From: the human T2T-CHM13v2.0 reference genome, Homo sapiens
Direction: 5' to 3' (one strand)
Assembly: GCF_009914755.1 (NCBI RefSeq)
Contig: NC_060936.1
DNA length: 64,000 nucleotides
Shown: one piece after another, positions 15,535 to 30,750 of the stretch
How positions within the stretch are numbered: position 1 is the first letter of the stretch
How the letters are laid out: each line of letters opens with the position of its first letter
The notes under the pieces: model-generated
Seen by the model: only the letters and a program-made list of their open reading frames with translations
The model's database searches: none
What the model was told of the DNA's origin: nothing
Program-made: the position numbers and the translations under genes

Positions 15535-16964
15535 TGTGTCCAGAATTGGTGGGTTCTTGGTCTCATTGACTTCAAGAATGAAGCCGCAGACCTTTGCGGT
15601 GAGTGTTACAGTTCTTAAAGGTGGTGTGTCCAGAGTTTGTTCTTTCTGATGTTCAGATGTGTTCAGAGTTTCTTCCTTCTGGTGGGTTCATGGTCTCGCT
15701 GGCTCAGGAGTGAAGCTGCAGGCCTTTGCGGTGAGTGTTACAGCTCTTAAGGTGGTGCGTCTGGAGTTGTTCATTCTTCCTGGTGGGCTTGTGGTCTCAC
15801 TGGCTTCAGGAGTGAAGCTGCAGACTTTCACGGTGAGTGTTACAGCTCATAAAGGCAGTGTGGACCCAAAGAGTGAGCAGTAGCAAGATTTATTGCAAAG
15901 AGCAAAAGAACAAAGCTTCCACAGTGTGGAAGGGGACCTGAATGGGTTGCCACTGCTGGCTTGGGCAGCCTGCTTTTATTCTCTTATCTGGCCCCACCTA
16001 CATCCTGCTGATTGGTAGAGCTGAGTGGTCTGTTTTCACAGGGCGCTGATTGGTGCGTTTACAATCCCTGAGCTAGACACAAAAGTTCTCCATGTCCTTA
16101 CTAGATTAGCTAGATACAGAGTGTCGACATAAAGGTTCTCCAAGGCCCCACCAGAATAGCCAGATACAGTGTCGATTGGTGCATTCACAAACCCTGAGCT
16201 AGACACAGGGTACTGATTGGTGTATTTACAAACCTTGAGCTAAATACAGAGTGCTGATTGGTGTATTTACAATCCCTGGGCTAGACATAAAGGTTCTCCA
16301 TGTCCCCACCAGACTCAGGAGCCTAGCTGGCTTCACCCAGTGGATCTTGCACTGGGGTTGCAGGTGGAGCTGCCTGCCAGTCCCGTGCTGTGCGCCTGCA
16401 CTCCTCAACTCTTGGGTGGTAGATGGGACTGGGCAACATGGAGCAGGGGGCGGCACTCATCAGGGAGGCTCTGGCCACACAGGAGCCCATGGAGTGGGTG
16501 GGAGGCTCAGGCATGGTAGGCTGCAGGTCCTGAGCCCTGCCCTGCAGGAAGGCAGCTAAGGCCTGGTGAGAAATCGAGCACAGCGCCGGTGGGCTTGCAC
16601 TGCTGGGGGGACCTAGTACACCCTCTGCAGCTGTTGGCCTGGGTGCTAAGCCTCTCATTGCCTGGGGCCAGCAGGGCTGGCTGACTGCTCTGAGTGCAGG
16701 GCCCGCCAAGCCCATGACTACCTGGAACTCCAGCTGGCCCGCAAGCACTGTATGCAGCCCCGGTTTCCGCTCGCGCCTCTCCCTCCACACCTCCCTGCAA
16801 GCTGAGGGATCCAGCTCCAGCCTTGGCCAGCCCAGAAAGGGGCTCCCACAGTGCAGCGGTGGGCTGAAGCACTCCTCAAGTGCTGCCAAAGTGGGATCCC
16901 AGGCAGAGGAGGTGCCGAGAGTGAGCGAGGGCTGTGAGGACTGCCAGCACGCTGTCATCTCTCA
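15535..16964 (-). mobile_element. LTR12 (5' LTR of the provirus)
   Basis: Direct repeat of 9218-10593, next to the PBS; AATAAAA TATA-like box intact (~15974-15980). Confidence 0.95.
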
Positions 16965-16984
16965 ATACTTTTTTTAAAAAAAGT

Positions 16985-19900
16985 ATTTTTAATTTTTTGG
17001 GTACCTAGTAGGTAGATAAATTTATAGGGTACATGAGATATTTTGGTACAGGCATACAATGCATGATAATCACATCATGGAAAATGGAATATCTGTCCTC
17101 TCAAACATGTATCATGTGTGTTAACATACCATCCATTAGTTATTTCAAAATGTACAATCAAATTATTATTGACTATAGTCCCCTACTGTGCTATCAAACA
17201 CTAGGTCATCTTGATTCTTTTATTTTTTTTCTACCCATTAAACATTGCCACCTCACTCATTGCTTCCCCCTTCCCCACCAACTTCTGGTAACCATCCTTC
17301 CATTCTCCATCTCTGTCAGTTCAAATGGTTTTGATTTTTTAGGTCCTACAGATAAGTGAGAACACGTGATATTTGACATTCTGTGCCTGGCTTATTTCAC
17401 ATAACATAATGACTTTTAGTTTCATCCATGTTATTGCAAATGATAGGATCTCATTCTTTTTGTATGGCTGAGTAGCACTCTATTGTGTATAAGTACCACA
17501 TTCGTTTAATCCATTTGTTGGCTGATGGATACTTGGGTTGATTCCAAATCTTGGCTATTGTTAACAGTGCTACAACAAACGTGGGAATACAGGTATCTCT
17601 TCTATCAACTGATTTCCTTTCTTTGGGGTATAACAGGCCAAACAGTGGGATTGTTGGGTCATATGTTAGCTCTATTTTTAGTGTTCCAAGGAACTGCCAA
17701 ACTGTTCTCCTTAGTGGTTATACTAATTTACACTTTCACCAATAGTGTATGAGGGTTCCCTTTTCTCCGCATCCTCACTAGCATTTGTTATTGCCTGACT
17801 TTTCAATAAAAGCCATTTTAACTGAGGTGTGGTGATATCTCATTGTAGTTTTGATCTGCATTTCTCTGATGATCAGTGATGTTGAGCACCTTTTCATATA
17901 CCTGTGTGCTATTTGTATGTCTTCTTTTGAGAAATGTCTACTCAAATCTGCTTATTTGTAAAACAAATTATTAGATTTTTTCCTATAGAGTTATTTGAGC
18001 TCCTTATATATTCTATTAATCCCTTGTCAGATGAGTATCTTGCAAATACTTCTCTCATTCTGTGGGCTGTCTGTTCACGTTGTTGATTGTTTCCTTTGAT
18101 GTGCAGATAGTTTTTAACTTGATGTGTTCACATTTGTCCATTTTTGCTTTTGTTGTCTGTGCTTGAGGGGTATTACTCAAGAAATTTTTGCCCAGACTAA
18201 TGTCCCAGAGAGTTTCCCACTGTTTTCTTTTTTTAGTTTTATAGTATAAGGTCTTAGATTTAAATCTTTAATCCATTTTGATTTTATATTTATATAAGGA
18301 GGGAGATGGAGATCCAGTTTCATTCTTTTGCATATGGATAGCCAGGTTTCCCAGCACAGTTTATTGGAAAGACTGTCTTTTCCTCATTGTATTTCCATGG
18401 CATCTGATGTGTTTTGGCTCTGTGTCTCCACCCAAATCTCATCTTGTAGCTCCCATAATTCCTACATGCTGTGGAAGAAACCCAGTAGGAAATGATTGAA
18501 TCATGGGGATGGGTCTGTGCCCTGCTGTTCTTGTGATGGTGAATAAGTTGCATGAGATCTGATGGTTTTAAAAACAGAGTTTCCCTAAATAAGCTCTCTC
18601 TTTTTGTCTGCCACCATCCATCTAAGATGTGACTTGCTTTTCCTTGCCTTCCAATATGATTATGAAACCTCCCCAGCTATGTGGAACTGTAAGTCCATTA
18701 AACCCTTTTACCTATATGAATTTCCCAGTCTCAGGTATGTTTTTATCAGCAGTATGAAATGGACTAATACAGTAAGTTGGTACCAGTAGAGTGGAGCGCT
18801 GCTGAAAAGATACCTGAATATGTGGAAGTGACATTGTAACTGTATAAAAGGCAGAGGATGGAACAGTTTGGAGGGCTCAGAAGACAGGAAAAGGTGGGAA
18901 AGTTTGGAACACTCTAGACACTTCTTGGATGGCTGATAAATGAAATGGACAATGACATTCAGGCTGAGGTGGTCTCAGATGGTGATGAGGAACTTGTTGG
19001 GAACTGGAGCAAAGATGACTCTTGTTGTGTTTTAGTAAAGAGACTGGTGGCATTTTGCTCCTGCCCTAGAGATTTGTACAACTTTGAACTTGAGAGAGAT
19101 GATTTAGGGTATCTGCCAGAAGACATTTATAAGCAACAAAGCATTCAAGAGGTGACTTGGGTGCTGTTAAAGGCATTCAGTTTCAAAAGCAAAACAGAGC
19201 ATAAAAGTTCAGAAAATGTGCAGCCTGACAATGCAGTAGAAAAGAAAATTCCATTTTCTGAGAAGAAATTCAAGCCAGCTGCAGAAATTTGCATAAGTAA
19301 TGAGGAGTCAAATGTTAATCTCCAAAAAAAAAAATGGGGAAAATGTCTCAAGGGCATGTCAGAGACCTTTGAGGTAGCTCCTCCCATCACAGGCCCAAAG
19401 GCCTAGGAGGAAAAAATTGTTTCATGGGCTGGGCCCAGGGCCTCCCTACTGTGTGCACTCTAGGGACTTCATACCCTGTATTCCAGATGCTCCAGCCATG
19501 ACTAAAGGGGCCAAGGCATAGCTCAGGTCATAGCTTCAGAGGGTGCAAGTGCGATCCCCAAGCCTTGGCAGCTTTCACATGCTATTGAGCCTGCAGGTGC
19601 ACAGAAGTCAAGAATTGGGGTTTGGGAACCTCTGCCTAGATTTCAGAAGATGTATGGAAACACCTGGATGTCCAGGTAGAAGTTTGCTGCAGGTAGGACC
19701 CTCATAGAGAACCTCTGCTAGGGCAGTGTGAAAGGGAAATGTGGGGTTGGAGCCCTCACACAGAGTCCCTACTGGGACACCAACTACTAGAGCTGTGATG
19801 GTGAATGAATGTCACAAGATCTGATGGTTTTAAAAATGGGAGTTTCCCTGCACAAGCTCTCTCTTTTTGCTGGCCACCACCCATGTAAGATGTGACTTGC

Positions 19901-22900
19901 TTCTCCTTGCCTTCTGCCATGATTATGAGGCCTCCCCGGCCATGCGGAACTGTAAGTCCATTAAACCCTTTTTCCTGTATAAATTACCCAGTCTCTGGTA
20001 TGTTTTTATCAGCAGTGTGAAAATGAACTAATAGAGCATCTTTGTCAAAAATAGGTTAACTGTAGCTGTGTGGATTTCTACTTTTACTCCATTGTGGACA
20101 GAGAAGATGCTTGATATTATTTTAATTTTAGAATGTTTTGAGACTTGTTTTGTGACCTACCATCTAATCTATCCTTGAGAATGAACCATGTTTTGAAGAA
20201 AATAATGTGTATTCTGCAGCCCTTTGATAAAATGTTCTGTAAATATCTACTAGGTCCATTTATTCTATAGTGCAGATTAAGTCCAATATTTCTTTGTTGA
20301 TTTTCTTTCTGGGAGATCTGCTCAATGCTGAAAGTGAGGCATTGAAGTCTCCAGCTGTTATTGTATTGGTGTCTAACTCTCTCTTTAGCTCTAATAATAT
20401 TTTCCTTATAGATTTGGATGCTTCAGTGTTTCGTGCATATATATTTATAATCATTATATCCTCTTAAAGAATTGACCCCCTTATTAATACATAATTACCT
20501 TCTTTGTCTCTTCTTACAGTTCTTGTCTTGAAATCTATTTTGTCTGATACAAGTATAGATAATCCTGCTCTTTTTTTGGATTCCATTGACATGTAATATC
20601 TTTTTCTACCCTTTTATTTTCAATCTATGTGTATCTTCATAGGTGAAGTGTATTTCCTGTAGGACACAGGTCATTAGGTATTGTTCTTTCATCCATTCAG
20701 CCACTTTATGTGTTTTGATTGGAGAGTTTAGTTCATTTACATTCAATGCTATTATTGATGAGTAAGGACTTACTCCTATCATTTTATTATTTATTTTCTG
20801 ATTGCTATGTGGTCTTCCCTTCTTTTCTTCCTTCCTATCTTCCTTTTAGTAAAGGTAATTTTCATTGGTGGTACACACTAATTTCTTGCTTTTTATTTTT
20901 TGTGTATCTGTTGTATGTTTTTTCATTTGAGTTTAACATGAAGCTTACAGATCCTATCTTATAACCCATTATTTAAACTGATGAAAACATAACACTGATT
21001 AGATAAACAAACAAACATGTAGAGAGGAAACTAATAAAAATTCTACATTTTAACTTTGTCTTCCCAATTTTTAACTTTTTGTTGTTTCTCTTTATGTCTT
21101 ATGCTACTGTCTATGTGTTGAAATGTTGTAGTTATCATTTTTTATTCATTCATCATTTAGTCTTTCTATTTAAGTCGAGAAACTTACATATCACAATTAC
21201 AGTGTTATACTAATCTATGATTTTCTATCTGTTTACTAGTACCAGTGATTTTTTACCTTCTGATGATATCTTCTTGCTCATTGACACATTTTTCTTTTAG
21301 CATGAATAACTCCTATTAGCATTTCTTGTAGGACAGGTCTGGTGTTGATGAAATCCCTCAGCTTTCATTTCTTTGGGAAGGTCTTTGGGTTTTTTCAAAC
21401 TTACAGTATATTTTCACTGGACATACTATTCTAAGGTAAATGTTTTTTCTTTCAGCACTTTAAATATGTCATACCATTCTCTCCTGACCTGTAAAGTTTC
21501 CACTGAAAAGTCTGCTGAAAGAAATATTGGAACTCCATTGTATGTTATTTGTTTCATTTCTCTTGATGCTTTTAGGATCCTTTCTTTTTCCTTGACCTTT
21601 GACAGTTTGCTTATGAAATGCCTTGAGGTAATCTTCTTTGGGTTGAATCTGCTTGGTGTTCTATAACCTTCTTGTATTTGTATGTTGATATCTTTCACAA
21701 TGTTTGGAAAGTTCTATGATTTTTTCCCTTTGAATAAACTTTCTACTTCTATTTCTTTCTCCACCTCCTCTTTAAGGACAATAACTCTTAGATTTATCCT
21801 TTTGGGGCTATTTTCTAGATCTTGTAGGCTTGCTTCGTTGTTTCTCATTATTTTTTGTCTCCTCTGATTATGTATTTTCAAGTAGCCTATTTTCTAGCTC
21901 ATGAATTCTTTCTTCAGTTTGATCAATTCTGTTGTTAAGAGACTGGTATATTCTTCATATCAGCTGCATTTTTTCACATCTGTAATTTCTACTTAATTCT
22001 TCTTAATTATTTCAATCTCTGTTAAATGTATCTGATAAAATTCTGAATTCATTCTCTGTGTTATCTTGAATTCCTTTTAGTTTCCTCTAAACAGCTATTT
22101 TGAATTATCTGCCTGAAAGGTCATATATCTATGTTTCTTCAAGATTGGTCCTGAGTGCCTTATCTAGTTGATTTGGTGAGGTTATGTTTTTCTAGATGGT
22201 GTTGATGCTTGTAGATGTTCTTTGGTGTCTGGACATTGAAGAATTAGGTATTTATTGTAATCTTCACAGTCTGGGCTTGTTTGTGCCTGTCCTTGGGAAA
22301 GCTTTCTAGGTGTTTCAACGGACTTGTGCCCCAGCCCAATGACACTGTGGTGTTTGCAGACTCATAGACGTACCACCTTGGTAGCCTTGGATAAGATCTG
22401 GAAGAATTCTCTGGATTACCAGGCAGAGACTCTTGTTCTTTTCCCTAACTTTCCCCCAAACATATGAGTCTCTCTTTCTGTGCTGAGTCACCTGGAACTG
22501 AAGCTATGGTGATTCAAGCATGCTGTTGCCACAACTGGGACTGTGCCTATTCAGACCCAAAGACAGCACAGCAGTGGGCTTTGTGCAAGGTCCTTTTCTT
22601 TATGGTGGTGAGTTTCCCCACGCTGTGGGCGTGTCTAGCAATGCTGTTTGGGAGCCAGGAATTGGAGTGAAAAAAATCTTAGTAATTTACCTGATGTTTT
22701 ATTCTTCTGCAGCAAAATTGGAACTCAAACCACAATACAAAGCCCTTTCCACTCTTTTCTCTCCTTTCCACAGGCAGAGGTGCCTCTTCCTGTGGCCACC
22801 ATCACCGCTAGTCTACAGGGATTTCTCCTAGGCCACCTCCCATGTTTGCTTAAAGCCCAAGAGTTCTTCCATCAGCTTGTGGTGAATACCGCCAAGCCCT

Positions 22901-24105
22901 AGGTCTCATTCTTCAAGGCAATGGGCTCCCCTCTGGCCCAGACAGGTCCAGAAATGCTGTCCAAGAGCCAGGCCTGGACTTGGGGACCCCAAGACCCTGC
23001 TTGTTAGTCTATCCCTCTATGGCTGAGCTGGTCCTAGAATGCAAGATGAAGGCCTATTTACTTTTCCCCCTGCTTTCCTCAAGAGAAGGAGTCCTTCATC
23101 TTTGTCACCACAGCTGGGAATGTGCTGGGTCTCCCCTGAAGCCAGCACATATCAGAGCCCAAGGCCCATGGTGTACTTCCTGAGTATCGCTTCTGGTTAT
23201 TCAGGGCCCAAGGGCATTTTAGTCAGCAGGTGATTTTTCCTGATAGGACTGGGTCCTTCCCTTCGAGGTTATCTGGTTACCTTTTATCCCAGCGTGTCTC
23301 TAGAAATGTCAGGGCATGGAATGGGGGCCTCATGACTCTGCCTCGTGACTTATCCTACTTTGGTTGTGCTGGTGTGCAAAATGCAAGACCAAGTCCTCTT
23401 TACTTTTCACTCGCTTCTCCTTAAGAAGGAAGGAATCACTTTTATTGTTATGAGCTGCACTGCCTGCAGTTGGGGAAGTGATGGAGCAAGTCCTTCTTTA
23501 GCCATGTCAGCTAGTGTCTACCTAGGTCATGTGACACCCTAGTTCACTGGCTCTAAGCACAGCCTAACCCCAGGAATTGCCTAGGAATTGCAGTCCTTGT
23601 ACCTTACACTGCCTTTCAAGTTTACTTAGGATCTCAGAACACTTCACCCTGTGGTGGCATGGCTTGCTGAGTAACTCAATTTCCAATGGCTGGGATGAGT
23701 GAATCCCCTTTGGCTAGGACTGGTCTGAATTTTCCCTCTGTGCTTTGCTGCAGGATGATTTCAGCATGATTTTATTCTCCACTGTGACAGAGCAGCACTG
23801 AGTTGAATGTAAAATCCCCCAGTTGCTGTTCTTTCCCTCCCCACAGTGCACAGATTCTCTCTGCTTCCCTCAGGCTGCTGCCAGAAATGTGGGAGGGGTA
23901 GCATTGGCAATTTGAAACTGTTGCTCCTGCCCTCTTCAATGCCTCTTTCCATGATACAAAGTTAAAACCAGATACTGTGATTGCTCACCTGAATTTTGGT
24001 TCTTGTGATGGTGCTTTTGTGTGTGCAGATAGCTTTTAAAATATAGTGCTCCAGCAAGGGGGATGAACTGTGTAGGCTTCTATTCCACCACCTTGCTCCA
24101 TTTCA
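16985..24105 (-). mobile_element. Old L1MA (L1MA2-like) with 5'UTR, ORF1 and EN; much of ORF2 deleted at ~20075; THE1 inserted
   Basis: 3' end tgggtacctagtagg...; EN fragment 20260-20454 (AGDFNASLS); ORF1 fragment 21426-21698; L1M1-type 5' region ending ccaccaccttg. Confidence 0.82.
18405..20035 (+). mobile_element. THE1 (ERVL-MaLR): 5' LTR 18405-18771, partial internal region, truncated 3' LTR
   Basis: TGATGTGTTTTGGCTCTGTGTC...CTAATACA LTR; TSD GCATC (18400-18404 and 20036-20040); MaLR-int ORF remnant 18945-19406. Confidence 0.9.
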
Positions 24106-24959
24106 GTAACAACCTTTTAACTCGTAAGTTTTACATGATGGACTCTTACAAAAAGGGCTTATTAAGGTATTATTTACAATTAATTTGAATTTACTGCTGA
24201 GGTTACTCAAGTGGATCTACACATAAGATCTTTTAATAGATTGTGTTTTCTAACATTCAGCCTCCAACATAAATTCAACTCAATCTTAGGTTATACAGTG
24301 CTTTAGGCCAGGTTTGGTTTGGATTAAATCCATATTTTAAAAATTCAAGCATTTATTTATTTCACGCCTAAGGCCAATGTGATTGAAACACAACGTACCT
24401 CAAAAGCAAAATCCAAAGCATTGAAAGATTCCAATTCAAAAACAGAAATGTATTCAGGAGACTAACAAGTACATCTGTTTTTCTTATTTAGAAAGAGATA
24501 CCCGCCCCCCCGCCCGCACACACACATGAATCCTTCCAGAATCTTAGCCATTTTGAAAGTATAGAGTTTACTGCAATTCTATGTGTGGTGAGTGTTTATT
24601 ATTGTGCATTTTTAAATGTGTGTGTTTTCAAATGGATTCGTTGGCATTCTAAATCTGGGCCAGGATTGCCTGAGAGGTGGCAAAGTGCAGTATCTATAAT
24701 TGGATGCCACTGACCCTCCTGCCCATTTCCCTTGTACTCAAGGAATCCAGTTGCTGTCGTATCAAGGGCTTCTTGATTCTTTGACTTCATCAAAACATTT
24801 TAAATTCCTTTGGAAATTCTCGGATACCCAGGAGTATCAAGAGCTGCTAATGTACAAAAAGAGTGTGCAGCACTCTAGTATGCCATATTCTGAGATAGCC
24901 AAGACATACTGTCTGCCTGAGCTCAACACACATTAATTGTACAAAACACTGTAATCTGA

Positions 24960-25370
<411 letters not shown>

Positions 25371-25621
25371 CTTTCATTCTTTCTTTAACTTGATATTACC
25401 TGCTCTCTTGGCTTCTGTGACTATATTCTCTCTTGGATATCCTTCTACATCTCAGACTGTTTTTTCTCTGTCTTTTTTCATTATCACATCTGCTGAATTT
25501 TCATGTGTTTACATACATACGTATACCCTCACCTGGGAGACTTACTTTATCTTCAAAGATTTCTTTTACTATTTATATGTTGATGACTGCTAAAAGTGAC
25601 ACCTCTAATCCAGAACTTTCT

Positions 25622-26565
<944 letters not shown>

Positions 26566-26649
26566 TTCTCCTGGGCTGAGATCCTGAGCTGCCGATAGAA
26601 CACGTCTTCTGAATTACAGATACCTCAAATTCCCAACCAGCTTTGAACC

Positions 26650-28244
26650 TGTAATGTCAGACAAATTATGTGCTTCCAAAATACAATGGTGAAATGGGCA
26701 TAGGATAGACATTCCCATTCCAAATGCAAGAAATTGGAAGAAAGGATGACAAGTCCTAAACCAGCCCAAAAGCTAGCAAGGCAAATTTCTTTGGATCTGT
26801 AGCCTTAAAAATAATATTCTCTGGTTCAGTGTTCTGCCCTCCAGGCCCACTTGAACAACAGCATTACCCGCCTTCCTAGGGCTCTCTGGAAGGACATCTC
26901 CACCCTGAGGCACTGGATGGGGGCATTTTGACCCTCTAAAAACTGAAGAGATTTGAAAACCCCACTCTTTGAAACTAAGGAGGAACTAGCCCTGCAAGCT
27001 TTGGGAGTGGTATCCTTGATGATCTCTGAATTGCCTTTAGGGTCACTCTTGCCTTTTTTGAAGGATAAATCATGCTCATAGCCAAATAACTCTATAATCT
27101 TACCTTGTAGAATCTAAGAAGTTCAATACATTTCTTTCATTCTGTTCAATTTTTTTTTCTCCTTTGCCACAGTTGGCAGTGTTTCTGACACTTTATAATA
27201 AGAACCTTTTGGCCGGGCATGGTGGCTCACTCTTGTAATCCCAGAATTTTGGGAGGCTGAGGCAGGTGGATCACGAGATCAGGAGATTGAGACCATCCTG
27301 GCCAACATGGTGAAACGCCGTCTCTACTAAAAATACAAAAAAAATTAGCCAGGCCTGATGGTGGGCACCTGTAGTCCCAGCTACTCGGGAGGCTGAGGCA
27401 GGAGAATGGCTTGAACCTGTGAGGCGGAGGTTAGTGAGCCGAGATCACACCACTGAACTCCAGCCTGGGCAACTGAGTGAGACAACATTAAAAAAAAAAA
27501 CAAAAAAAAAACCTTTTCTCCATTTTCCAGTCACATGATCTGATCTTCATTACTGTATGAGACCTTACTAGAATGGCATTTCATGTTCATACTTCTATCA
27601 AAATTTTGTTTATGATTATATGTAGGCTTTCTCTTCAGCTCTCCTCTTTTCTTTTTGAGCCCTCACCATAATTGCTGTTACTGTCCAAATTACTACCAAC
27701 AGTCAATTCATGGTAATCTCATCTTTTTCTAGTGCCACTTCAAAATTTTCTAGGCTCTACTCTTTACCCAATTCCAAAGCCACTTCCACATTTTTAGGTA
27801 TTTGTTGCAGCATCACGCCACTCTATGGCAACAAACTATGTACTAAAGTATTCAGGCTGCTATTACAAGATACTGAATACTGAATGGCTTAAACAACAGA
27901 AATTTATTTCTCATATTCTGCAGGCTAAGAAGTCCAAGGTGAAGGTGCCAGCTGATTCAATTCCTGGTAAGTGCCCTCTTCTTAGCTTGGAGACAGCTAC
28001 CTTCTCCCTGAGTTGTTACATGGCCTTTTTGTTGTGATCACTTGGAGAGAGAGAGAGAGAGAGGAAGAGAGAGAGAGCACTTCCTTTCTCTACTTATAAG
28101 GCCACCAGTTCTTTCAGGTAAGGGCACACTCTTATGAGCTCATTTAATCTTAATTATTTTCTAAAGACCCTGTCTCAAATTACAGTCACTTTAGGATGAG
28201 GGCTTCAACATATGAATTTGGAGAAATGCAATTCACTACATAGC
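26650..28244 (-). mobile_element. MLT1A-like MaLR LTR (~27838-28244) with adjoining internal remnant
   Basis: ggcttaaacaacagaaatttatttctca...gggcttcaacatatgaatttg; internal ccacttccacatttttaggtat. Confidence 0.7.
27211..27510 (+). repeat. Alu (Sc-like)
   Basis: GGCCGGGC start, A tail, TSD ~aacctttt. Confidence 0.92.
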
Positions 28245-28339
28245 ACCTCCTTCTGAAGAAGGCCCTGAAGAGGATGACCAGAAACATTGGTCTCAATAAT
28301 AATTTAAAATAATCACAATACAAGGGGCCAGCATTATTT

Positions 28340-28615
28340 TTTGGTTGATATATCCTTTATGATAAAATTTACCTTTTAAAGGTATACAATTCAGTGGTGT
28401 TTTTAATGTATTCACAGAATTGTATACCCATCACCACTACCTCATTTTAGAATATTTTCATCACTCCTAAAACAAACTCAGTGCCTATTAACAGCCATTT
28501 CTTTCTCTCCTTCTCCCAGCCCATGGCAACCACAAATCTAATTTTCATCTCTATAAATTTGAGTATTCTGGATTTTCATACAAAAGCTATTATCAAGTAT
28601 GTGATCTTTTGTGAC
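28340..28615 (-). mobile_element. L1MB-like 3' fragment
   Basis: tacaattcagtgg...ttcacagaattgt...ttagaatattttcatcac. Confidence 0.65.
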
Positions 28616-28638
28616 CAGCATTGTTTTAAATGCTTTAA

Positions 28639-28993
<355 letters not shown>

Positions 28994-28999
28994 TCTTAT

Positions 29000-29140
29000 T
29001 TCATATTTTATTATTACTATTAAACAGATAGAAAAACTGAGACATGGTTTAGTGAGTTGATCAAGTCACACAGTTCGTAAGTGAAAGACCTGGGATGTAA
29101 GCCCAGACCATCTGTATTCAGAGTCTGTGATCTGAACCAC
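29000..29140 (+). repeat. MIR fragment
   Basis: acagatagaaaaactgagac...aagtcacacag core. Confidence 0.55.
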
Positions 29141-29859
29141 AACACAATTTCTTCCTCATCTAAGGAGATTCATCAAATTTTGTCTCCAGGGTGACCAAGA
29201 ATGGGCAGAAAAGCAACCAGAGTCTCCAGGAAAATAGAATATCTATGGTTGAGTGAACAATATTATTATAATACCCTAGTGTAGAGAAGAATCTCAATCT
29301 GAAGTGACAGTGAACAAAACATATTCAATTTCTTGGAAGAAAATGGGCTAAACAGAACTATGGTCAATGGTCTAGATGACTAGGAAAAGTTCCGGAATAA
29401 AGCGCTATTAAAAATAAAACTGGATTTTGTTTAAGATAGCAAATATATTAGGTCTCTAAGAAGGAAATAACAAAATGGGATTAAATGTGCATGAGACCAT
29501 TGGTCAATTATGCTCATGTAGTTAGAGTTGTGTGAGGTACATTCTCAAGGACACCAAGACCAAAAGAAAGCATGGTAACTTAGAATAATAATAATCATAA
29601 CAAAAGGAAAGAGTTAAGAATACTTTTTAATGGTGGAAATACCAGCTCTTGGTTGGGTAGGTCCCTGGAGCCCACCTTATTGACTTGAATCCTGTACTAT
29701 AACAACAGTAATCACACACTCTAATCTCATAAGAGTGTGTATAAAATATTCAGGGGGTCTTGATTCAATATTTCACTATTGACAGTCTCTGAAAGAGATA
29801 GGAGTGTGGGAGCTAGTGGAGGAAGAGAGATGATTAGGGACAAAGAAGGCAGTTACCAT

Positions 29860-30405
29860 CTGTATTATTTTCCTATTGCTGCTGCTGTAGGAGTATCACA
29901 AACTTGGTGGCTTAAAATAACACAAATGTATTGTCTTACCCTTATGGAGGCTGTAAGTCTGAAATCCTTTGTACTGAGCTAAAGTCAAGGTTTTAGCAGG
30001 GTTGGTTCCTTCTGGATGATCTGGGAGGAGAATCTGTCTCCTGGTTTTTTTCCAGCTTCTAGTGGCTTCCTGTATTCCTTGACGTGTTCCCTTTCTCCAT
30101 TTTCAAAGTGCATTGCACAGATTGGAGCTATAACCTGTGGATGTTAAAAAAAAATTGAATGATAAAATAGAAGTCTGTGTGGCCTCTGTATAGCAGATTG
30201 GAGCTATAACCTATGGATGTTAACAAAATGTTGAATGATAAAATAGAATTTTGCCCAACCAGATAATCCAGGATAATCTCCCCATGTTAAGATTCTTAGC
30301 TTAATCACATCTGCAAAGTTACTTTTGCCATATAAATTAATATCCACAGGTTCCAGGGATTGGAACATGGGTATTTTTAAGGGTCATTATTCAGCCTACC
30401 ATACC
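29860..30405 (-). mobile_element. MLT1-type MaLR LTR with an unrelated duplicated insert
   Basis: tgtattattttcctattgctgctg...cattattcagcctaccata. Confidence 0.65.
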
Positions 30406-30449
30406 ACCAATCTTCACTGCTCTTCACCTTTCTTTTATATGTTGCCTAA

Positions 30450-30750
30450 TTTTTATTTTTCTTTTTTAAGCAGAGTCTTGCTCTGTCACCGAGGCTGGAG
30501 CGCATTGGCACATCTCGGCTCACTGAAACCTCTGCCTTCTGAGTTCAAGAGATTATCCTGCCTCAGCCTCCCTTTCTAGTAGCTGGGACTACAGCCACGC
30601 ACCACCACACCTGGCTAATTTTTGTATTTTCAGTAGAGATGGGTTTTCACCATATTGGCCAGGCTGGTCTCAAACTCCTGACCTCAAGTGATCTGCCAGC
30701 CCCAGCCTCCTAAAGTGCTGTGATTATAAATGTGAGCCACAACACACGGC
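30450..30750 (-). repeat. Older Alu (S/J)
   Basis: Diverged Alu dimer. Confidence 0.88.

Larger units (their letters stand above)
9218..16964 (-). mobile_element. ERV9 (HERV9/LTR12) provirus with internal deletions
   Basis: Two LTR12s; TSD ATAC (9214-9217 and 16965-16968); Arg PBS; gag, pro, pol and env remnants. Confidence 0.95.

Noticed and set aside
30118-30248. Repeat-spacer-repeat resembling a mini CRISPR array
   Set aside because: Only two 55-bp copies in human DNA, no cas genes; a local duplication
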